Shown one piece after another: positions 18,914-27,045 of a stretch of 64,000 nucleotides of DNA. How positions within the stretch are numbered: position 1 is the stretch's first letter; the number at the start of each line of letters is the position of its first letter. The translations under genes were made by a program, and so were the position numbers. Location of the stretch: the NCBI GenBank assembly GCA_051882195.1, contig JBJERI010000034.1, positions 252 through 64,251 on the forward strand, written 5' to 3'. This stretch comes from Ruminiclostridium sp. Lineage in GTDB: Bacteria > Bacillota > Clostridia > Oscillospirales > Ruminococcaceae. The notes beneath the pieces are model-generated. The model worked only from the letters and a program-made list of their open reading frames with translations. It ran no database searches and was not told where the DNA came from.

Positions 18914-18958
18914 CCCGAAAAAACAGCAGTCCGAAAGAGAGCGGCTCTCTTTCGGACT
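18914..18958 (-). terminator. Intrinsic terminator after aspartate kinase
   Basis: A 14-bp perfect stem AGTCCGAAAGAGAG-cgg-CTCTCTTTCGGACT, followed on the minus strand by TTTTTT. Confidence 0.8.
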
Positions 18959-18981
18959 CGGTTTTGTCTTAGTCTTACATC

Positions 18982-20295
18982 TTATTCGGATAAAATAAAC
19001 ATATCGTAGATGACTTCAATTGCCTTTTCGAAGTCCTCTTCCTTTATACCGATAATAATGTTAAGCTCGCTGGAGCCCTGGTCAATCATACGGATATTTA
19101 TGTTAGCGTGGGAAAGAGCGGCGAAAATTCTTGTAGCAGTACCTTTTTTTGCTTTCATTCCCCGTCCCACAACGGCAATCATTGCAATTCCGTCCTCAAC
19201 CTCCATGTGATTGGGGTGGCATATCTCGGAAATACGCTCAATGAACTTGGGGTGAGCCTTCAAGCTGTCTGTGTTTACAACTATGCTCAGTGTATCAATG
19301 CCCGTGGGGATATGCTCAAAGGCAATGTCCTCGTTTTCCATAAGGGTAAGGATACGTCTGAGGAAGCCTATTTCGTTGTTCATTTCGTCCTTTTCAAGGT
19401 TGATAACGGAGAAATGCTTCTTGCCTGCAATGCCCGTGATAATGTGCTTTGTATCGGCGGGAGCGTCAGGGACAATCATTGTGCCCTTTGCCTCGGGAGC
19501 GTTTGTGTTTCTGATGTTTATCGGGATTTTTGCGTTTCTTACGGGGAAAATTGCGTCCTCGTGAAGAACGGTTGCGCCCATATATGAAAGCTCGCGAAGC
19601 TCTTTGTAGGTAATTGTTTCAATTGTAAGAGGGTCCTTTACAATTCGTGGGTCTGCAACAAGGAAGCCCGAAACGTCCGTCCAGTTTTCGTAAAGGTCGG
19701 CGTTTATTGCTCTTGCAACAACGGAGCCTGTAAAGTCGGAGCCGCCTCTTGAAAAGGTCTTGATTGTGCCGTCCGGCTTTGAGCCGTAAAAGCCGGGAAT
19801 TACAGCGCAGGGATAGCCCTCTAAAATTGACGCAAGGTTAGCGTCAGTAAGGTCTGCGTCAAATTCGCCCTTCTGATTGAAGGATATGCCCTTTGCGGCG
19901 TCAATCCACGCAAAGCCCAGGTAATTTGCAAGAATAATGCTGTTGAGGTATTCCCCTCTGCTTGCGGCATAGTCCTTGCCTGCACGCCTTTTGAAGTTGT
20001 CCATTATAATTTCATATTCCGTATCAAGGGACATTGCAAGACCTAAATCGGAAATAATTCCGTTAAATCTTTCCGCAATGGGTGAAAAGGAAACGTAAGC
20101 GTCCTTGCCCTCACCAACCTCGTCATAGCACTTGTACAGCATATCAGTTACCTTGATATCGTCGCTGTAACGCTTTCCGGGAGCGGAGGGAACAACATAG
20201 CAGCGCTCATTATCCGCCTTGATAATAGCGGCTACCTTGCGGAACTGATTAGCGTCAGCAAGTGAAGAGCCGCCGAATTTTACTACCTTTGCCAT
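18982..20295 (-). CDS. lysC: Aspartate kinase
   Basis: MAKVVKFGGSSLADANQFRKV (amino acid kinase N-terminus) and a C-terminal ACT region. 437 aa from the ATG at 20295. Confidence 0.9.
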   Translation of the reverse strand: MAKVVKFGGSSLADANQFRKVAAIIKADNERCYVVPSAPGKRYSDDIKVTDMLYKCYDEVGEGKDAYVSFSPIAERFNGIISDLGLAMSLDTEYEIIMDNFKRRAGKDYAASRGEYLNSIILANYLGFAWIDAAKGISFNQKGEFDADLTDANLASILEGYPCAVIPGFYGSKPDGTIKTFSRGGSDFTGSVVARAINADLYENWTDVSGFLVADPRIVKDPLTIETITYKELRELSYMGATVLHEDAIFPVRNAKIPINIRNTNAPEAKGTMIVPDAPADTKHIITGIAGKKHFSVINLEKDEMNNEIGFLRRILTLMENEDIAFEHIPTGIDTLSIVVNTDSLKAHPKFIERISEICHPNHMEVEDGIAMIAVVGRGMKAKKGTATRIFAALSHANINIRMIDQGSSELNIIIGIKEEDFEKAIEVIYDMFILSE

Positions 20296-20577
20296 AAAAA
20301 ACCACCATTTCTCCGTGCATACAAAACCGTTTCCCCGCACGGAGGGGCTACGGCGGTTTTTATGAATTAAAGCAACAGCACATAAAAACCTGAAAATACT
20401 ATAATATTATAGCATAGGTTTCCGATAAAATCAAGCACAATATGCTATTCGGAAAATATATCCCCATTATAAACAGGAAATATGCAAGGTGTCCTTTTCT
20501 CCAAAGCGGAATATAGTCAAATCGCCCCATTTTATCCTCAGTTATGAAAAAAAGTTATATATATTATTGATTTAAGG

Positions 20578-20606
20578 TTGAAATTTCCTTGAATTTGTGT
20601 TAGAAT
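20578..20606 (+). promoter_or_regulatory. Candidate sigma-A promoter for the PAS-GGDEF-EAL gene
   Basis: TTGAAA, 17-nt spacer, TGtTAGAAT. Confidence 0.5.
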
Positions 20607-20686
20607 ATAACTTGAAATAGAGTGTTTAACAGGATTTGACCGCCGGTTTTTTGCGGCAGAAACTGTTCATCTGCGGAGGACGTAAT

Positions 20687-23053
20687 ATGAGAGAGCACCG
20701 TAAAATTATCAGCAAGCAGATCTCCAGAATATACGACAGAGTTAGATTTATTCAGCTTGACAGCAGCCTTGGAATAATTTACTGCACTCCTAACGTATGG
20801 CCTGCGGATATGAGCTCGGACGTGGTGGAAAATCTTTCCGCATATATAGACGAGGAAGAAAAGAAACAGCTTGCGGAAAAGCTTGTTCCCGTAATGAACG
20901 GCGGAAAGGATTTGGTAAATTTCAGAGCCCTTGTAAACGAAAAGGACTGGCTTTGCCTTGCCTTCAAGGAAAGGAATTTCTATCACGGCGACGCCGCCAT
21001 AAGCCTTTTCCTCATTGACGATACAAAGGAAGATTACATAGAGGTGCTTCAGCTTTCCTGCGAGCTTCAGGCAAGGCTTATGTTCAGACTGCTGCTTAAC
21101 AGCATCGACGTGCCTATTGTGTTCACCCACGACGAATACATCACCTATGCAAACAAGGCCTTTTCAAATATGCTTGGTTTAAAGCAGTCGGTGGTACATT
21201 CCACCAAGCTTTCAAAGCTTGCTGCAAAGCCCTATCAGCACCTTTTCAACGAGGACGTGGACGAAAAGGAGGAGTGCAGGCATTTCACGGCGGTTTTCCC
21301 CACTCAGGCAGGAGTAAATATTACCACCGAGGTTGTTTCCGCACATTCCATTGACAATGTAAAATCAACAATAAACCTTTTCCACGACAGAACCTCCACC
21401 GACAGAATGATGCGCACTGCCGCAATGTATGCAAGAATCATTTCGGGCATATCCGAGGGCATTGTAATTACCGACGAGGAATTTAACGCAATCTGGTTCA
21501 ACAAGGCTTTCACAAGAAATACGGGCTACAACAACGAAAACTACCCCGCCCTTGTGGAAACAATCTGCCATTGCTCGGGCGAAAACGGCACCCTTGACGA
21601 TATAATCACCGAAATTGAAAACTCGGGAAGCTGGAAAAAGGTGGTAAATCTTCACCGCAGAGACGGAAGCCTTTTCCCTGCCACTGTTCATATTGTAAAA
21701 GCGGACGAGTGCTATGTAATCAAAATTTCGGATATTTCAAGGCAGTCCGAGCTTGAGGATATGCTGGCGCAGAACCGCAGGAACGACTATCTCACAGGGG
21801 TTTACAACCAGCAGTTCTTTATGGAAAACCTTGAAAAGACCTTCGCTGTCTGCAAGGAGCAGGAAAAACCCCTTAACATCATGGTTTTCGGCGTGGACAG
21901 CTACGAGGAAATATGCCGCACCACAAGCAGAGAAAACGCAAACGCCGTGCTGAAAATACTGGCTCTCCGTGCAAAGACCTTTGCAGGCTCGGAAGCGTAC
22001 CTTGCAAGAGTGGGCGAAACCCGCTTTGCGTTTATGTTCTACGCAAACGGCGAGGAAGAGGTTACCCAGTATGCGGAAAACTTTATGAGCGCCATGGACT
22101 GGCCTCTTGTATATAAAAAGCACGATTACTACATAAAAATCAGCGCAGGCATTTCCTCTTACCCCGACCATGCGTTAAACTTCAACGAGCTTTACTTCTT
22201 CGCCTGCGACAATCACAGAAAGGCCCGCCAGGACAAGCGTTCCGCTTACGCTTTGTTCTCCCGCAGCAGCGGTCTGTCCGTAATCAGTCACCGCAACTCC
22301 CTTGAAATAGACCTTATCAAGGCGCTTAAGGAGGACGAGTTTGTTGTATACTTCCAGCCAAAGGTTGAAATAAAAACAGGCAGAGTAATCGAGGCGGAAG
22401 CCCTTGTACGCTGGGAAAGCCCCACCTACGGCACCGTTTCGCCCTCCTATTTCATTTATCTTGCGGAGGAAACGGAGCTGATGATTCCCCTTGGCTACAA
22501 GATTATCGAGCTTGTCTGCAAATATCAGCGAGCATGGATAGACAACGGCTTTAAGGCAATCAAGGTTTCAATCAACCTTACCTTCGGACAAATTCTTGAC
22601 GAAAACTTCCTTTCCACCCTGAAAATGCTTCTTGACGAGAACCGCATAGACCCGAAATTGCTGGAATTTGAAATTTCCGAGGCGGCGGCAACGGTGGACT
22701 ACGACAGGGTTAAGCAGGTCATTATGTCAATGCAGGAAATGGGAATAGGCATTTGTCTTGACAACTTCGGCACAGGCGCAGCTTCAATTCCTCAGCTTTC
22801 GGAAATTCCGCTGGAGCGTATCACAATCGACCGTTCAATGTTGATCGGCGTTGAAACGGACAGCAACAGCCGCAAAATTATCGAGCGCATAATCAATCTT
22901 GCAAGACAGCTTAAGGTAAGGGTCATTGCCGAGGGCGTTGAAACGGAGCAGCAGCTTGACATATTAAAGGAGCTGGGCTGCGACTATTATCAGGGCTATT
23001 ATTTCAGCAAGCCCGTTTCCGCCGAGGAATTCAAGCGGTTTCTTATAAGATAA
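20687..23053 (+). CDS. PAS / degenerate GGDEF / EAL protein, likely a c-di-GMP phosphodiesterase
   Basis: 788 aa from the ATG at 20687 (GGAGGA SD). The GGDEF position reads GETRF. The EAL domain keeps EALVRWE, DNFGTG and EGVETEQQ. Confidence 0.9.
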   Translation: MREHRKIISKQISRIYDRVRFIQLDSSLGIIYCTPNVWPADMSSDVVENLSAYIDEEEKKQLAEKLVPVMNGGKDLVNFRALVNEKDWLCLAFKERNFYHGDAAISLFLIDDTKEDYIEVLQLSCELQARLMFRLLLNSIDVPIVFTHDEYITYANKAFSNMLGLKQSVVHSTKLSKLAAKPYQHLFNEDVDEKEECRHFTAVFPTQAGVNITTEVVSAHSIDNVKSTINLFHDRTSTDRMMRTAAMYARIISGISEGIVITDEEFNAIWFNKAFTRNTGYNNENYPALVETICHCSGENGTLDDIITEIENSGSWKKVVNLHRRDGSLFPATVHIVKADECYVIKISDISRQSELEDMLAQNRRNDYLTGVYNQQFFMENLEKTFAVCKEQEKPLNIMVFGVDSYEEICRTTSRENANAVLKILALRAKTFAGSEAYLARVGETRFAFMFYANGEEEVTQYAENFMSAMDWPLVYKKHDYYIKISAGISSYPDHALNFNELYFFACDNHRKARQDKRSAYALFSRSSGLSVISHRNSLEIDLIKALKEDEFVVYFQPKVEIKTGRVIEAEALVRWESPTYGTVSPSYFIYLAEETELMIPLGYKIIELVCKYQRAWIDNGFKAIKVSINLTFGQILDENFLSTLKMLLDENRIDPKLLEFEISEAAATVDYDRVKQVIMSMQEMGIGICLDNFGTGAASIPQLSEIPLERITIDRSMLIGVETDSNSRKIIERIINLARQLKVRVIAEGVETEQQLDILKELGCDYYQGYYFSKPVSAEEFKRFLIR

Positions 23054-23056
23054 TTT

Positions 23057-23153
23057 TACTAATAACCAATAAACTGTACAAAAAATCTTCGCATAATCCA
23101 TATACGCAAGATTATGCTCGATTTTTTGTACAGTTTTTAATTGGTTATTAGTA
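23057..23153. repeat. 97-nt AT-rich nested palindrome immediately after the EAL gene stop
   Basis: Outer arms are TACTAATAACCAATAAACTGTACAAAAAATC and GATTTTTTGTACAGTTTTTAATTGGTTATTAGTA (2-nt bulge). The inner hairpin is GCATAATC-N11-GATTATGC. Confidence 0.75.
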
Positions 23154-23158
23154 TAAAA

Positions 23159-23190
23159 AGCACGTCCGAAGGTCGGGCGTGCTTTCAGTT
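23159..23190 (+). terminator. Hairpin with a weak T tract
   Basis: AGCACGTCCGA-agg-TCGGGCGTGCT, then TTTCAGTTT. Confidence 0.5.
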
Positions 23191-23382
23191 TGCCGAAAGC
23201 CCAGTGATTGCCGGCGCTTTTCCTGCAAGTATAAATCAAAAAGCATTATGACAGCGCAGTTTCCCTATTTACAATAAGTAGACTTGATATATTATTATAC
23301 CGATTGTAAAGCTGATAGATAGACTATTTGTATATTTGTATCTTTATTTACACATAGTATAATAAAAATTGCAAATTCCCCC

Positions 23383-23411
23383 TTGACTATCATGAAAAGA
23401 TGTGCTATAAT
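23383..23411 (+). promoter_or_regulatory. Near-consensus sigma-A promoter for tRNA-Pro
   Basis: TTGACT, 17-nt spacer, TGcTATAAT. Confidence 0.7.
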
Positions 23412-23440
23412 TATATAGCATTAAGGAATAATGCAAATTT

Positions 23441-23516
23441 CGGGGTATGGCGCAGCTGGTAGCGCGCTCGTCTGGGGGGCGAGAGGTCGCGTGTTCAAGT
23501 CACGTTACTCCGACCA
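23441..23516 (+). tRNA. tRNA-Pro (anticodon GGG), CCA encoded
   Basis: Hand-folded cloverleaf. Acceptor CGGGGTA/TACTCCG. D arm GCGC-AGCTGGTA-GCGC. Anticodon arm CTCGT-CTGGGGG-GCGAG with G37. T arm GCGTG-TTCAAGT-CACGT. Ends in ACCA. Confidence 0.9.
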
Positions 23517-23538
23517 GCCGAGAGGTTCGGCAAACAAA

Positions 23539-23570
23539 AGCCCGATTTCAGGTCGGGCTTTATTTTTTTA
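23539..23570 (+). terminator. Intrinsic terminator after tRNA-Pro
   Basis: AGCCCGA-tttcagg-TCGGGCT followed by TTATTTTTTT. Confidence 0.8.
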
Positions 23571-23704
23571 TTTGATACGCATTAACGAATTAATCTGTCA
23601 AAATCTTATTACTTTAAGTATAAAATCAAGCCGTGTAAACTTAATGTATTAGTTTATAGTGAGTTTATATTTGTGAGATATACTAATTAAAAAGGAGTGA
23701 GCAA

Positions 23705-24295
23705 ATGTATAAACAAAAGACCCAATCAAACACCGATATAAAGCATCCTGCTCTTACAATACCCAATATACTGGGCTATTTCCGTATTCTGCTCATTCCT
23801 GCCTTTATGTACATTTACCTTACGGCAAGCCAGCCGCAGCATTATTACCTTGCGGCGGGGCTGGTGGCAGTAAGCGGAATAACCGACTTTTTTGACGGCT
23901 TTATTGCAAGAAAGTTCAATCAGATAACCGAGCTTGGAAAGTTCATCGACCCACTTGCGGACAAGCTTACCCAGCTTGCGCTTATAATCTGCTTTGTGAT
24001 ACGCTATCCGCTGATGTGGCTTATGGTGGGAATTTACGTTGTAAAAGAGGGCTTTATGGCGGTTTTCGGGCTGATTATGCTTAAGAAAAAAGGCAGAAAG
24101 CTGAACGGCGCCGAATGGTGCGGCAAGGTCTGCACTTTCTCTCTGTTCGTTATAATGATTGTGCTGATGATGTTCCCTGCAATGCCGCAAATGTGGGTGA
24201 CAATACTTATTCTTGTGTGCGCAGGCATGATGATAATGTCTTTCTGCGGCTACCTGCCTGTTTATATCAGGCTGTGGAAAGGCGAGGAGCAGTAA
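23705..24295 (+). CDS. CDP-alcohol phosphatidyltransferase family protein (PgsA-like)
   Basis: 196-aa polytopic membrane protein with the DG(x)2AR(x)8G(x)3D(x)3D motif (DFFDGFIARKFNQITELGKFIDPLADK). Confidence 0.85.
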   Translation: MYKQKTQSNTDIKHPALTIPNILGYFRILLIPAFMYIYLTASQPQHYYLAAGLVAVSGITDFFDGFIARKFNQITELGKFIDPLADKLTQLALIICFVIRYPLMWLMVGIYVVKEGFMAVFGLIMLKKKGRKLNGAEWCGKVCTFSLFVIMIVLMMFPAMPQMWVTILILVCAGMMIMSFCGYLPVYIRLWKGEEQ

Positions 24296-24328
24296 GCTTG
24301 GCTGACTTAATCAACCGTATAAAAACAT

Positions 24329-24368
24329 AATCCGCAAACCACTTACGAGGTTTGCGGATTATTTATTT
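24329..24368 (+). terminator. Intrinsic terminator
   Basis: AATCCGCAAACC-acttacga-GGTTTGCGGATT followed by ATTTATTT. Confidence 0.8.
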
Positions 24369-24397
24369 GAAGGTATGAAAAATGCGTGATTGTGCGG

Positions 24398-24690
24398 TTA
24401 AAAAGCAGTTATTCAGGACCGCCGAGCAAGCCTGTTTTAAATCATACCAAGGTAAAGGCTCGGCGGAATTGCAAGGGGGGGAGCCTCCCCAATGCGTTTT
24501 TAAAAAGCACTTGTTCCGCCCCCGCCGAGCAAGCCTGTTTTAAATCATACCAAGGTAAAGGCTCGACGGAAAAGCCAAAGGCGGCATAACAATTTAATTA
24601 AAAATCACCTGTTCCGCCCCCGCCGAGCAAGCCTGTTTTAAATAAACAAAAGTGAAAGGCTCGGCGGAACAGCAGGGGGGAGCATCCCCC
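24398..24690. repeat. Tandem array of three ~100-nt units, each carrying a CCGCCGAGC...GCTCGGCGG hairpin with a ~30-nt loop
   Basis: Units start at 24398, 24500 and 24598 (TTAAAAAGCA / TTAAAAATCA). Hairpins are at 24419-24466, 24522-24569 and 24620-24667. Loops 1 and 2 are identical (AAGCCTGTTTTAAATCATACCAAGGTAAAG). Units 1 and 3 end in GGGGGGAGC(C/A)TCCCC hairpins. Confidence 0.8.
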
Positions 24691-26460
24691 TTAGCGGGTG
24701 GTGTTGTGCAAATCGGTCATCAGGCTGTCGCTTTCGTAGCTGTCGTCGTCCTTTGGAGGCGGCGCCTGCTTAAGTCCTGCCATATCGTTTGTGTAGAAGG
24801 TAAACCTGTTGTCGCCCCGCTGTGCGGAGTATCTTGCCGCCGCTTCGGAGCAGGTGTAAACCTCATCAAAGGTCAGCCCGTCATCGCCAAAAAAGGCAAC
24901 GCCTATTGCAACGGCAACGTTTACCGTGCGGTTTTTGACGCGCATAGGCTCGTTGAAGCGGGCGGTTATTTTAGTGCATATTTTTTCGATATATTCGGCG
25001 GAAATATTGCTGCCGTCGTCGATAAGATAAATGAAGTTGTCGCCGCTGACGCGGGCAACGGAGCTTTTGTCCCTCTGACAGCTCCACAAAATTTCCGCCA
25101 ATTTGCGGAGAACCCGGTCGCCTATTTCCATACCGTACTGCTCGTTGATTATGCGGAAATCCTTGATGTCAACGTTGATTATAACGGGGTGGTTATTGTC
25201 CGCTGTAAGAGTATCGAACTTTCTGCGGATTGCGGAACGGAGATATGTTCCCGTAAGGGCGTCGTGGTCGGACTGATACATACGCTTTAATTCACGGCGC
25301 TTGCGCTCGTTTATGTTGCACATTCTGCCGATAACGGTAAGGGGTTTGCCGTTTTCAAGCTGGCTTACCACCTTTACCGAATGTTCAACCCATATCCAGT
25401 CGCCGTTTCTGTTCATTACACGATACTCAAAGGTAAGGCTTTTGTCGGGTAACAGCAGAATATGGTCATAGCTCATAAATCTGTCAAGGAACGCTTCACG
25501 GTAATCGGGGTGGATTTTTGTCCAGAAAGGCCGTCTTGATTCCTCAAAGTTACCGCTGTCAACGTCTACGTCAAACAGCTCATACCATGCGTCGGGATTA
25601 AGCAGAGTGAATTTTCCCGTAGGAACGTAAACCTCATATACAATGTCGGGTACTGTTGCAAGCACGAACTTGTACATATTGTATTTTTCGCTTATTTCCG
25701 CTTCAAGGCGGCGCTTTGTTTCGGCGTCGATAATTGCGCCCATAACCATAACCTTGCCGTTTTCGCCGGCAATGGAGCAGCAGCGGATATTTACAAGAAT
25801 AGTGTTGTGGTGGTTTATTCTCATGCGAACCGCAATGCTGAAGCGGCGGTCGGGCTTGCTTTTTACCATAATCAGCGAGTTGCGGAGAATGGGCAGGTTT
25901 TCATCGACCACATAGTTTTCCAGCCTGTCGTTTGGCTTTATTTCAATAGTACCGTAGGTTTTCTCCCAGTATTCGGGGAAGTAGAAAACAAAGCTGTTGG
26001 TGTCCTCACGGTATATAATGAAAATGTCGTTGCTGTTGCTCATTGACGCTTCCGCCTGAGCAGTTACCTTTTCCATATCGGCGGCATTGTCGGTGGATTT
26101 GCTGCTGAAATAGTCCAGCGTATTTTTGAGCAGCTCGGCGTCGTCCCGTGAAATTTTGCGGAGAGCGTCCATTTCCTCCGCCGTAAAAATTTCCCCGAAT
26201 TTGCCCAGCAGAGCGTTTATGGAGCGGGGCAGTTTTTTTGTGAGAACCCATATCAGTACAAGGTTTCCAAGCAGCATTACCGCTGAGATACCTATGCCGA
26301 TATAGTTTATCAGAACCTTTTGTTCGAGGACAAACATTTTCATAGGGTCTGAAGCGAGGAAAAACAATACTATATTTATAAGAAGCGGTAAACCGCTCAT
26401 GATGACCAGGTAAGCATAAATTTTGCGGCTGATTATAATCTTTCGCTTTTTGCTGCTCAT
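24691..26460 (-). CDS. Membrane sensor with PAS and a degenerate GGDEF domain
   Basis: 589 aa with two N-terminal TM segments. The PAS-like region is followed by DHDALTG...RVSGDNF, where the GGDEF site reads SGDNF. Confidence 0.85.
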   Translation of the reverse strand: MSSKKRKIIISRKIYAYLVIMSGLPLLINIVLFFLASDPMKMFVLEQKVLINYIGIGISAVMLLGNLVLIWVLTKKLPRSINALLGKFGEIFTAEEMDALRKISRDDAELLKNTLDYFSSKSTDNAADMEKVTAQAEASMSNSNDIFIIYREDTNSFVFYFPEYWEKTYGTIEIKPNDRLENYVVDENLPILRNSLIMVKSKPDRRFSIAVRMRINHHNTILVNIRCCSIAGENGKVMVMGAIIDAETKRRLEAEISEKYNMYKFVLATVPDIVYEVYVPTGKFTLLNPDAWYELFDVDVDSGNFEESRRPFWTKIHPDYREAFLDRFMSYDHILLLPDKSLTFEYRVMNRNGDWIWVEHSVKVVSQLENGKPLTVIGRMCNINERKRRELKRMYQSDHDALTGTYLRSAIRRKFDTLTADNNHPVIINVDIKDFRIINEQYGMEIGDRVLRKLAEILWSCQRDKSSVARVSGDNFIYLIDDGSNISAEYIEKICTKITARFNEPMRVKNRTVNVAVAIGVAFFGDDGLTFDEVYTCSEAAARYSAQRGDNRFTFYTNDMAGLKQAPPPKDDDSYESDSLMTDLHNTTR

Positions 26461-26706
26461 ACTGCCACCCCCGAGTTGTTTGTCATATTATATTTATTAT
26501 ATAATATTATACTTATTTATAATATGATTGTCAATGTACGATTTGGACAAAGTGTGTTGTTGAATTATCATAGATTGGTTATGGGCAGAGTGTGAAAATT
26601 TGCTGAATTATGGGGAAATAATGTTGAAACAAGGCTGCCATAGTGGTATAATAAACGCAAAACATTTTTATACTAATTTAAACATTCTCGAAAGGAGCTG
26701 ACAGTA

Positions 26707-26928
26707 ATGGGAGATTTCGACAAAAAGTTAGACGAATTAACGGATAAGCTTTTTGATATCGGCAAAAAAATCACCAACAAGGCTAAAGAGCATATCACCG
26801 AAGAGGACCAGCAAAAGATAAAGGAAAAATCCGAACAGCTTGCGGAAAAGGCGGATAAGACCATGGACAGTCTTGGGGCGGCAATTCACGCTGGAGTTGA
26901 AACCTTTAAGGAAAACCAAAAGAAGTAA
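26707..26928 (+). CDS. Small hydrophilic helical protein of unknown function (73 aa)
   Basis: AAAGGAG SD 8 nt upstream of the ATG. The composition is lysine/glutamate-rich and coiled-coil-like. No recognisable family. Confidence 0.6.
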   Translation: MGDFDKKLDELTDKLFDIGKKITNKAKEHITEEDQQKIKEKSEQLAEKADKTMDSLGAAIHAGVETFKENQKK

Positions 26929-27045
26929 GGGGGCTGCTCGCCCCATAGGGGTAGTCCCTCGCTATTGTCGAAAGGGGCTGCCCCCTTTCCACCAACTTAT
27001 AAGCCACAAAACCACGCTCAGGGGTTCAAGGGGGCGGCAGTCCCC
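26929..27045. repeat. Solo arm of the hairpin-chain repeat family
   Basis: GGGGGCTGCTCGCCCC (26929-26944), then CCCTCGCTATTGTCGAAAGG, then GGGGCTGCCCC, then a CCAACTTATAAGCCACAAAACC spacer, then GGGGGCGGCAGTCCCC (27030-27045). It is collinear with 30613-30730. Confidence 0.7.

Noticed and set aside
18892-18981. Possible THF riboswitch upstream of thyA-folA
   Set aside because: The 90-nt gap is fully accounted for by a simple 14-bp terminator hairpin. No pseudoknotted three-way junction features are present.
20296-20420. Possible lysine riboswitch (L-box) in the aspartate kinase 5' UTR
   Set aside because: Only about 100 nt lie between a TATAAT box and the ATG. They contain a single hairpin and none of the L-box multi-helix junction or conserved AGAGG/GAGGGG-type elements that I could recognise.
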